From NCBI RefSeq assembly GCF_963921235.1, contig NC_086097.1, positions 27,530,001-27,594,000 on the forward strand: a stretch of 64,000 bases of DNA, given 5' to 3'. The notes beneath the pieces are model-generated. The model was not told where the DNA came from, did not search any database, and saw only the letters and a list, made by a program, of their open reading frames with translations. Every line of letters starts with the position of its first letter. Positions within the stretch are counted from its first letter, which is position 1. A program made the translations under genes and the position numbers. This stretch comes from Mobula hypostoma (Eukaryota). Shown here one piece after another: positions 39,101 to 51,100 of the stretch.

Positions 39101-42100
39101 TTCTAAATGACAAAGTAATTCAAATTTAAGCACTTCTAAGTGAAACAAAAGAAATGATAAGAGGCATAGACTGAGTGGACTGCCAGAGATTTTTTTCCAG
39201 GTTGGAAATGGCTAATATGAGGATGCATAAGTTAAAGGTGACTGGAGGAAAGTATAGGGGAGATGTCAGAGGTAGCTGTTTTACACAGAGAGTGGTAGGT
39301 GTGTGGAATGAGCGCCAGGGGTGGTGGTAGAGGCATTTACATTAGGGATATTTAAGAAACTCTTTGGTAGGCACATGGATGGAAAAAAAACTGGATGTCC
39401 AATCAGAAACAAGAGAAAATCTGCAGATGCTGGAAAAGAGTACAGGCAACGTTTCAGGCCAAGACCCTTCAGAAGAACTGGAGAAAAAGAAAGAAGAGGA
39501 GTAAATTTAAAAGCTGGGGGGGGGAGGGGAGGGGAGGGGAGGGGAGGGGAGGGAGAAACACAAAGTGATAGGTGGAACTGGGAGGAGGAAGGGTGAAGTA
39601 AAGAGCTGGGAAGTTGATTGGTGAAAGGGATACAGGACCGGAGAAGGGGGAATCTAACAGGAGAGGACAGAAGGCCATGGAACAAAGAAAAGGGGGAAGG
39701 AGCACCAGAGGGAGGCTATGGGCAGGCAAGGAGATAAGGTGAGAGAGGGAAAAGGGGATGAGGAATGGTGCAGGAGAGGGGGGATGGGGTCATTACTGGA
39801 ATTTCGAGGAATCGATATTCATGCCATCAGGTTGGAGGCAACCCAGACGGAATATAAGATGTTCTTCCTCCAATCTGACTGTGGCCTCATCACAACAGTA
39901 GAGGAGGCAATGGATTGATACATCGGAATGGAAATGGGAAGTGGAATTACGGGTGGCACTGGAGATCCTGCTTCTTCTGGTGGACGGAGCGTAGGTGGTC
40001 AGTGAAATGGTCTTCCAATCTATGTCGGGTCACACTGATATACAGGAGGCCACACCGGGAGCACCAGGCACAGGATATAACCCCAACAGACTTCACAGGT
40101 GAAGTGCTGCTTCACATGGAAGGACTGTCTGAAGCCCTGAAGAGTAGTGAGGGAGAAGGTGTAGGGGCAGGTGTAGCACTTATTCTGCTTGGAAGGATAA
40201 GTGCCAGGAGGGAGATCAGTGGGGAAGGACAAATGGATAAGGCAATTGCATATGGAGCTATCCCTGTGGAAAGCAGAAAGTGGGGGGGGGTGGGGGGTGG
40301 GGGGTGGGAGGGAAAGATGAGCTTGGTGGTGAAAACCTGCAGGAGATGGCGGAAGTTCCAGAGAATTATGTACTGGACCTGGAGGCTGGTGGGGTGGTAG
40401 GTGAGGACAAGAGGAAGCCTACACCTGGTAGGATGGTGGGAGGATGGAGTGAGAGTTGATGTGCATGAAATGGAAGAGGTGTAGTTGAGGGCAGCATTGA
40501 TGGTGAAGGAAGGGTAGCCCCTTTCTTTGAAAAAGGAGGACATCTCCTTCATTCTCGTGGGCGATGGAGATGTACACCAAGAAGGCCTCAAAGCTCTCCC
40601 TTTCTTTCTGGACACCAGACCCAACCAATTCCCCTCCACCACCACTCTCCTCCATCTAGTGGAACTTGTCCTCACTTAACCACTTCTCCTTCGGCTTCTC
40701 CCACTTCCTTCAAATGAAAGGTGTAGCCATGGGCACTTGCATAGGTCCCAGCTATGCCTGCCTTTCGGCTCTGTGGAACAATCCATGTTCCAAGCCTACA
40801 CTGGTGTCCGTCCCCCATTTTTCATACGCTAGATTGACGACTGCAGTTGTGCTGCTTCGTGCATTCATCCGGAGCATGTCAACTTCAACTTTGCCTCCAA
40901 CTTCCACCCTGCCCTCAAATTTACCTGGTCCATTTCTGACGCCTCAATCCCATTTCTCGATCTCTCTGTCTCTAGCTCTGAAAACAGCTTATCTACTGAT
41001 GTCTATTATAAACCCACGGACTCTCACAGCTACCTGGTCTATAGTTTTTACCAACACACATCAAAGTTGCTGGTGAACGCAGCAGGCCAGGCAGCATCTG
41101 TAGGAAGAGGTGCAGTCGACGTTTCAGGCTGAGACGTCTCGGCCTGAAACGTCGACTGCACCTCTTCCTACAGATGCTGCCTGGCCTGCTGCGTTCACCA
41201 GCAACTTTGATGTGTGTTGCTTGAATTTCCAGCATCTGCAGAATTCCTGTTTGCGTTTATAGTTTTTACCGCCCTCTTGTAAAAATGTCAGCTCTTAGGA
41301 TGAGCCTTTTCATTCCAGAGCGACAGAGATATCCTTCTTTTTCAAAGAAAGGGGCTTCCCTTCCTCCACCATCAACACTGCTCTCAACCGCCTCTCCTCC
41401 ATTTCATGCATGTCTACTTTCACTCCATCATCCCGCCATCTTACCAGTGTTAGGGTTCCTCTTATCCTCACCTACCTCAATAGACAATAGACAATAGACA
41501 ATAGGTGCAGGAGTAGGCCATTCAGCCCTTTGAGCCAGCACCGCCATTCATTGTGATCATGGCTGATCATCCACAATCAGTATCCAGTTCCTGCCTTATC
41601 TCCATAACCTTTGATTCCACTATCTTTAAGAGCTCTATCCATCTCTTTCTTGAAAACATCCAGAGACTTGACCTCCACTGCCTTCTGGGGCAGAGCATTC
41701 CACATATCCACCACTCTCTGGGTGAAAAAGTTTTTCCTCAACTCTGTTCTAAATGGCCTACCCCTTATTCTTAAACTGTGGCCTCTGGTTCTGGACTCAC
41801 CCATCAGCGGGAACATGCTTCCTGCCTCCAGCGTGTCCAATCCCTTAATAATCTTGATATGTTTCAATCAGATCCCCTCTCATCCTTCTAAATTTCAGTG
41901 TATACAAGCCCAGTCGCTCCAATCTTTCAACATATGACAGTCCTGCCATCCCAGGAATTAAGCTTGTGAACCTACGCTGCACTCCCTCAATAGCAAGAAT
42001 GTCCTTCCTCAAATTTGGAGACCAAAACTGCACACAATACTCCAAGTGTGGTCTCACCAGGGCCCTGTACAGCTGCAGAAGGACCTCTTTGCTCCTATAC

Positions 42101-45100
42101 CCAATTCCCCTTGTTATGAAGGCCAGCATGCTATTAGCCTTCTTCACTGCCTGCTGTACCTGCATGCTTGCTTTCAGTGACTGATGTACAAGAATATCCA
42201 GATCTCGTTGTACTTCCCCTTTTCCTAACTTCACTCCATTTAGATAATAATCTGCCTTCCTGTTCTTACCACCAAAGTGGATAACCTCACATTTATCCAC
42301 ATTGAACTGCATCTGCCATGCATCCTCCCACTCACCCAGCCTGTCCAAGTCACCCTGCATTCTCATAACATCCTCCTCACATTTCACACTGCCACCCAGC
42401 TTTGTGTCATCTGCAAATTCGCTAATGTTACTTTTAATCCCTTCATCTAAATCATTAATTTATATTGTAAGCAGCTGCGGTCCCAGCACTGAACCCAGTG
42501 GTACCCCACTAGTCAGCGCCTGCCATTCCGAAAGGGACCCATTAATCGCTACTCTTTCTTTCCTCTCATCCTCAAAAAATTCCAGAAGATTAGTCAAGCA
42601 CAATTTCCCCTTCGTAAATCCATGCTGACTTGGACCTATCCTGTTACCTCTGGGTCCAGCACATAATTCTCTGAAACTTATGCCAACTCCAACAGGATCC
42701 CACCACCAAACAGATCTTTCACTTCCCACACCCCTCCACATTCTGCTTTCTGCAGGGATCACTCCCTATGCGACTCCCTTGTCTGTCCATCCCTCCCCAA
42801 TTACCTCTATCCTAGCACTTATCCTAAGTAGAACAAGTGCTACACCTACCTCTACACCTTCTCCCTCACAGCCATTCAGGGCCCTAAACAGTCCTTCCAG
42901 GTGAGGTGAAACTTCACCTGTGAGTATGTTGGGATCATATACTGTGTCCAGTGCACCCCATGTGGCCCCCTGTACATCAGTGAGACTGATGCAGATTGGG
43001 AGACCACTTCGCCGAGCACCTATGCTCCATCTGCCACTTCCCATTCCTATTCCAATATGTCAATCCATGGCCTCCCCTACTGTCGCGATGAGGCCACAAT
43101 CAGTTGGAGGAGCAACACCTTATATTCCATTTGGGTAGCCTCCAACCTGATGGCATGAACATCGATTTCTCGAATTTCCAGTAATGCCGCCAACCCTGCC
43201 CCTCCTTCACCATTCTCTGTTCCCTTTTCCCACTCTCACCTTATCTCTTTGCCTGCCCATCGCCTCCCTCTGATGTTCCTCCTCCTTTTCTTTCTTCCAT
43301 GGCCTTCTGTCCTCTCTTATAAGGCTCCCCCTTCTCCAGCCCTGAATCTCTTTCAGCAATCAACTTCCCAGCTCTTTACTTCACCCCTCCCTTTTACCTG
43401 TCACCTTGTGTTTTTCTCTCTGCCCTCCCCCCACCTTTTAAACCTACTCATCTTTTTACCCCCAGTCCTGCTGAAGGGTTTTGGCCTGAAACGTCGACTG
43501 TACTCTTTTCCATAGATGCTGCCTGGTCTGCTGACTTCCTCCAGCATTTCGTGTGTGTTACTTTGTAGGAGGGAAGGGTTAGATTGATCTTAAAGTAGGC
43601 TACAAGATTGGCACAACATTGTCAGCTGTAGGGCCTGTACAGTGTTGTAATGTTCTATGTTTTAAGACCCATTTGTTTTGCTGATTTTCATATCAAAGGA
43701 ATAGATCTGTGAAATAATCTATTTAATTTAAGCAGTGGAAACTTAACTATGAAGTCAAATAAAAACATAATCCAAATGAAGGCTCTCAGCCTGAAACATT
43801 GAGAACATATCTTATGAGGAAGGTTGACTGAGTTAGGGCTTTTCTCTTTGGAGTGAAAAAGGATGAGAGGTGACATGATAGAAGTACGCAAGACAAAAGG
43901 CACGAGATAAAAGGAGCACAAGAGAGAGGGGGCTGCCAGAGAATATTTTCCCAGAGTAGAACAGTTAATACAAGGGGGCATAATTTTAAAGTGATTGGAA
44001 GAAAGGTGGAAGTCAGAAGTAGGTCTTTTACAGAGAGTGGTAGGTGCGTGGAATGCCTGGGCAGGGGTGATGGTAGAGGTAAATACATTAGGGGCATTTA
44101 AGAGACTCTTAGACAGGCACATTGATGAAAGAAAATAGAGGGTTAGGTGGGAAAAAAGGGTTAGATTGATCTTGAGTAAGTTAAAAGGTTGCCACAGCAT
44201 TGTGGGTCGCAGGGTCTGTGCTGTGTTGCTGTTCTATGTTCTATTTTGCCCTAACATGCTTTGAAGCTGTCGGTTAACTGAAAACCTGAACTGAAATTGA
44301 CAAGGGGTAGCAAAGCAATGACACAAAAGCAAACAGAACCAAAATGGGTAACTGGAGTTAAGATACAAATAGCTAGTAGCCCCATTAGATGAGGGAACGT
44401 ATGAGAGAAATGGAAGGAGCATCGGCTTACTTATCATCCTGTGACTTACCTGTCGCCTGTGTATACTTTTGGTCTTCTGCTCAGTGCATAGTTTTTGGTG
44501 TAAGAGCCTGTGTAGATGGAGCCGTCCAGTAGTGAACGCTGTGGAGGATCTTCCAATGGATTCCAGTAACTCTGTTCACACATTCCTCGCAAGAGTATCT
44601 CTGCCAGCTGCCTGGCAATTGTCTGCAGGTCAAACGCATGTACAGTCCTTGATCAGGAAACAAATACTTATACTGCTACTTTCCCTTGTTCTACAATAAA
44701 GACAGGCACTGTACTGACTTACAAGGATTCTTTTTTACATTGTATGAAATATGCAGGGAGACTGTGTCATACTAAAGGGGGTGAATACTTATGCAATCAA
44801 ATATTTTGTATTTTATATTTGTAATTAACTTAGATCACTTTGTAGAGATCAGTTTTCACTTTGATGCAAAAGTCTTTTTCTGTTGATCAGTGTCAAAAAA
44901 GCCAAATTAAATCCACTGTGATTCAATGTTGTAAAACAATAAAACATGTAAACTTCTGGGGGGGGTGGTGAATATTTTTTATAGGCACTATACATGTGAT
45001 AAATACTGTAAATGAATCTGAATCCGAGCCTCCACAGTTTATTCTTGTACACAAGCCTCCTCCAACTTTCTTCCTTTCCTTAAGCCTCCAATTGATGCTG

Positions 45101-48100
45101 AGATTCAAGGACCAAGTAAATACCTAGGCTGATGAGCAGCATTGTTTGGAGAGGGCGTTCTTAAGATCTGATAAATTGTAGAGGGTAGCAGTTAGTATAA
45201 CGCTACTACAGCACCAACAACTCTTGTTCAGTTCCTCTGCTGTCTGTTAGAAGTTTGTACGTTCTCCCAGTGACCACATGGGCTTCCTCTGGGTGCTCTG
45301 GTTTCCTTCCAAATTCCAAAGATGTACAGGTTGGGGTTCGTAAGTTGTGGGCATGCTCTGTTAGCTATAGCCTGTCGGTGCCATAGTGGCATCTGCACCA
45401 GACTTTAAAGTGAGTGATCCCGGGTTCAAGTCTGGTTGGCTCCTTGCATGCTTTCCGTCTGTGCTACCAACTTGGCCTCGTAAAAAACAGACAGAAATGC
45501 TAAATTAATGGCAAAGTTGCCGCTCAATGTGCCAGAAGGCGTAGAAAGAAACTTCAATGTTCTGTTGGCACCAGACACTTAAGGGCTGTCCCCAGCACAA
45601 TCTTCGGACTGCGTTGGTTATTTTGACATAAATGACACATTTCACTGTATGTTTCAATGTACATGAGACAAATAATGCTGATCTTTAAATCTTATCTTTA
45701 CAAAAACAGAGCATAAGTAGGTCATCTTCAATCCCAAGAAACTTCCTAAAATAAAGTTTAAAAATATTTCAGAGGCTATAAAGTGCCTTGAGATACCATA
45801 AGGAGATATATAAATGTATTCCTCTCCAATGACACACTAATGTCGTGTCAACAGGGAAGTATTAAAAAGGAACTAATAACCTGCAAAAAAGACATTTTAT
45901 TCGATTTTTTTGCTGTTGCTTTTCTAATCCTTGATTTTCTGTGATAATCTAACCATAGTGGTATGTTTTTGTGTAAAAACAATGCCCTTTTGTGTCTGTT
46001 ATAAAAAAGTTAAATAAGCAATGGTTTTTAAGGAAAATGTTACAAGTGTGGCTGAAACTGGATTGCATTAGCAGGCTGGCTGAGGGAGAGCTTCTGCTGA
46101 AAATGGTATTTCACCGGAAAACTGAGCACAGCGGCAGGTATGAATGAAAAACAATTGCAAAGCACTATAATAATGTCAGCAGGAATGGGTAGCAGGTGTA
46201 GGCTTGAGGGTCAAGTGGCCTACAATCCATATGCATCATGGTTGATCTGCCCCAGGCCTCATGTCCTCCTTTGTGCCAGTTACCCGAGGTCAAGGATCAA
46301 GAATCAATTCAGAATCAGAATCAGGTCTAATATCACTGGCATACACACTTGTCTACTCACTTCCTCCCTCACTTCCACTCAGAGCCCCAAACAGTGCTTC
46401 TAGGTGAGGCAAACATTCACCTGCGAACCTTAGAACAGAAATGAGAAGGAATTTCTTCACCCAGAGGGTGGAGAGTCTGTGGAATTCATTGCCACAGACA
46501 GCTGTGGCGGTCAAATCTTTGTATATTTTTAAAGTGGAGGCTGATAGGTTCTTGATTAGTAAGGACAACAAAGGTTATGGGGAGTTGGCAGGAGAATGGA
46601 GTTAAGAGGATAATAAATCAGCCAAGATAGAATGGCAGAGCAGACTTGATGGGCTGAATGGCCTAATTATGTTCCTATGTCTTATGGCCAAGTGGACTGC
46701 ATCCAAATGGTTCATGGCTGATCTAACCTGGGCCTCATCTCTTCTTCTGTGTCAATTCCCCCAAGACCCCAATTCACTGAACTTTCAAAATTTGATGGTC
46801 TGCTCTTTAAGTACCCTCCGGTTATCTAGCCTCTCCAACTGTTGTGGGAAAAGAAACCCACAGATTGCTGTACTGTAGATTTGTACTGTGTTGTAATGTT
46901 CTAAGTTCAACACCCTCAGTGAGAAGATTCAGAGATTAACCACCCGCAGCAAAAGATAGACATCCCAATACATTTGGAATGCAGAGCAGCAGCAGAGAGG
47001 CTGGTTCAAAACCAGGAACATTTGCAGTTCAAAGAAAGGTAAAATAAAACACAGCTCCTGACTGCTGGATAATTAAACAGATGGCCAAGAATAAGAGTCA
47101 GGAGTGTAAAGAATGATCTGAGTGGGAAAAATAAAAACACAGAGTCCTGATAATTAAGAAGAAAACTATTCAGTCTGTGCAACACCCACACTGTCTATAT
47201 TTAACTACAAATCTACTGATGGAAACAGGTTATCTGCCAGTGAAAATGACTCAGCTTTCAGTTCTCCCACAGGTCCTATCACAGAAAGTACCTTTGCCAA
47301 AATGTCTAATATCAGATTATTTAAGAAAACAGCAAGTGTATCAAGGGGTTTACTTGCATCATTTCATTCCATCCTAATGTAGAAGCCAGTGTGTCTACAG
47401 CACAGCCCTTAGACTTTGGACCCTCTCTGAGAAAACCTTGAAATGCCTAGAGTGGATGTGGAGAGGATATTTTCTATAATGGAATTCAAAGTTGAAAGTA
47501 AAATTATTATCGGAGTACCTTTATGTCACCATATATGACACAGAGGTTTGTTTTCTTGCCGGGATACTAGTAAATCCAAGAACTACAATAGAATCAACGA
47601 CTGACCACACTCAACCAGAGGGACAAACAAAAAATCTGCAAAAGATGACAAACTGTACAAATACAAAAAAGATAGAGAGTGACAGGCAGATAGATAAACA
47701 AATAAATAAATAGACAGATAAATAAATAAATAAAGGTTGGTGGGAGAGCTAATGACATGAAGTGAAACTAATTGATAAGGTACCCCATGCAAGGCTTATT
47801 GAGAAAGTAAGGAGGCATGGGACCCAAGGGGACCTTGTTTTGTGGATCCAGACTTGACTTGCCCACAGAACACAAACAGTGGTTGTGAACAGGTCATATT
47901 CTGCATGGAGGCTGGTGACCAGTGGTGTGCCTCAGGGATCTGTTCTGGGACCACTTCTCTTCATGATTTTTATAAATGACTTGGATGAAGAAGTGGAGGG
48001 ATGGGTTAGTAAATTTGATGATGACACAAAGGTTGGAGGTGTTGTGGACAGTGTGGAGGGCTGTCAGAGGTTACAGTGGGACATTGGTAGGATGAAAAAC

Positions 48101-51100
48101 TGGGCTGAGAAGTGGCAGATAGAGCTCAACCCAGATAAATGTGAAGTGGTTCATTTTGGTAGGTCAAATATGATGGCAGAATATAGCATTAATGGTAAGA
48201 CTCTTGGCAGTGTGGAAGATCAGAAGGATCTTGGGGTCCAAATCCATTGGACACTCAAAGCTGCTGTGCAGGTTGACTGTGTGGTTAAGAAGGCATATGG
48301 TACATTGGCCTTAATCAACCGTGGGATTGAGTTTAAGAGCTGAGAGATAATGTTAGAGCTATATAGGACCCTGGTCAGACCCCACTTGGAGTACTGTGTT
48401 CAGTTCTGATCACCTCACTACAGAAAGGATGTGGAAACTACAGAAAGGGTGCAAAGGAGATTTACAAGGATGCTGCCTGAATTGGGGAGCATGCCTTATG
48501 AGAGTAGGTTGAGTGAACTCGGCCTTTTCTCCTTGGAGCGACGGAGGATGAGAGGTGACCTGATAGAGGTGCATAAGATGATGAGAGGCATTGAACATGT
48601 GGATAGTTAGAGGCTTTTTCCCAGGGCTGAAATGGCTAGCACGAGAGGGCACAGTTTTAAGGTGCTTGAAAGTAGGTAAAGGGGATGTCAGGGGGAAGTT
48701 TTTTTACGCAGAAGGTGGTGAGTGCGTGGAATGGGCTGCCGGCGATGGTGGTCAAGGCTGATACGATAGTCTTTTAAGAAATTTCTCGATAGATACATGG
48801 AGCTTAGAAAAATAAATGGCTATGGGTAACCCTAGATAACTTCTAAAGTAATTACATGTTCGGCACAGCATCGTGGGCCGAAGGGCCTGTATTATGCTAT
48901 ACGTTTTCTATATTTCTAATTCCATAGTGTTATTTGGGAGACAGTTCCAGAACTTTGAGTCATTAAAGGTACCATGTTAAATTTCCAATTTAACTTGGTA
49001 TGTAGCTTACAGGAAGGTTAGTGGGAAGGTGAGAAATGGGATAAGGGCAAATGGGTATAAGTATGTTCCCATGTCTTTCTAAGTAACAGGGTTATAATGT
49101 AGGAAGTGAGTAAGACCATAAGACATAGGAAAAGAATTAAGCCTACTCTGCTATTCGATTATGGCTGATTTATTTTCCCCTCAACTTTATTCTCCTGTCT
49201 TCTCCCTGTAACCTTTGATGTTATATCTAATCATTCAAGTACGCCTTTAGGTGCCTGCGAAGTATTATTACTGTTCCAGCCTCCATCGCCTCTGGCAACC
49301 TGTTCTAGAAACCAACTACATGTTCCATGAAACCTTTGTCCCTCAGATCTCTGTAAGGGCATAAGACCACAGGGAGAGAAAGAGAGAGAAACTAAATCTT
49401 CATTGATTCATCGAGTTGGTTTAGCCATTTGATCATGGCTGATTTGCCTTTCCTCACAAACCCAGTTGCCTGTCTTCTCCTGTAACCTTTGAAGTCGTTA
49501 TCAACCTCTGCTTTAAATATAGCCAATGACCTGGCCTCCACAGGCAGCCACGGCAACAAATTCCACAGATTCACCACCCTCTGGTTAAAGAAATTCCTCT
49601 TCATCTCTGGTCTAAAAGGATGTCCTTCTAATCTGAGCCAGTGTCCTCTGGCCTGAGACTCTCACACTACTGGAATCAACCTCTTGACATCGACTCCATC
49701 TAGGCCTTTCAGTATTCAATGGGTTTCAATGCGATTACCCCCTCATTCTTCTAAATCCAAATGAGTATAGGCTCAGAGACAGCAAATGCTCCTCATACAT
49801 AAACCAATTTATAAACATGGCAGATAAACTTAAAGTGTGGGCCAATACGTGGAACTGTGATGTTGTGGCCATCACAGAGACTTGGTTGTCTCAGGAGCAG
49901 GAATTGCTGCTGAATGTGCCAGGTTTTAGACATTTCAAAAAGAACAGAGAAAAAGGCAAAAGAGGTGGGGGCATGGCATTACTAATCAGGGATAGTGTCA
50001 CGGCTACAGAAAAGGAGGAAGTCCTGGAGGGATGGTCTACTGAGTCAGCACGGGTGGAAGTAAGAAAGAGGAAAGGGGCAATAACTCTACTGGGTGTTTT
50101 TTTACCACCCAATAGTAACAGGGATATCGAGGAGCAGATAGGGAGGCAGATTCTGGAATGGTGCAATAATAGGGTTGTTGTGATGAGAGATTTTAATTTT
50201 TCTAATATTGATTGGCATCTCCTTAGGTTTAGATGGGGTGGAGTTTGGGAGGTGTGTTCAGGAAGGTTACCTGACGCAATATATAGATAAGCCAACTAAA
50301 GGAGAGGCTGTAATCAATCTGGTATTGGAAATGAACCTGGTCAGGTGTCAGATCTCTCGGTGGGAGAATATTTTAGAGGTAGTGACCACAACTCTATCTC
50401 CTTCACCACAGCACTGGACAAGGATAGGAGCAGACAATTTGGGAATACATTTAATTGGGTAGGGGGAAATAAGATGCTATTAGGCAGGAAGTTTCCAGGG
50501 ACATGCACGGCAGAAATGTGGCAAATGTTCAGGGAACATTTGCATGGAGTTCTGCATAGGTATGTTCCATTGAGGCAGGGAAAGGATGGTAGAGTTAAAG
50601 AACCATGGTGTACAAAGTATGTAGAAAATCTAGTTAAGAAGAAAAGAAAAGCTTATGAAAGGTTCAAGAAACTAGGTACTGTTAGAGCTCTAGAAAATTA
50701 CAAGGTTGCTAGGAAGGAGCTTAAGAATGGAATTAGGAGAGCCAGAAGGGGCCATGAGAAGGCCTTGGTGAGCAGGATTAAGGAAAACCCCAAGGCATCC
50801 TACAAGTATGTAAAGAGCAAGAAGATGAGCCGTGTGAGAATAGGACCAATCAGGTGCAATAGTGGAAACATGTGCATGGAGTCAGAGGAGGTAGTGGAGG
50901 TACTTAACGAATACTTTGCTTCAGTAGGCCACAGTTTAAGAACAAGGGGTAGGCCATTTAGAACAGTTGAGGAAAAAACTTTTTCACCCAGAGAGTGGTG
51001 GATATATGGAATGCTCTGCCCCAGAAGGCTGTGGAGGCCAAGTCTCTGAATGCTTTCAAAAAAGAGATGTTTAGATCTCTTAAAGATAGCGGAATCAAAG

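Larger units (their letters stand above)
40565..43562 (+). mobile_element. Penelope-like element (RT C-terminal part, GIY-YIG, pLTR), interrupted by two younger insertions
   Basis: [30 protein letters not shown] (Penelope RT motif) at about 40675-40765; GIY-YIG remnant 42900-43180; hammerhead-like motif 43463-43500. Confidence 0.88.

Noticed and set aside
45370..45440. tRNA gene (A-box and B-box motifs)
   Set aside because: No complete cloverleaf; it continues into a SINE body with a flanking duplication, so it is a tRNA-derived SINE head.
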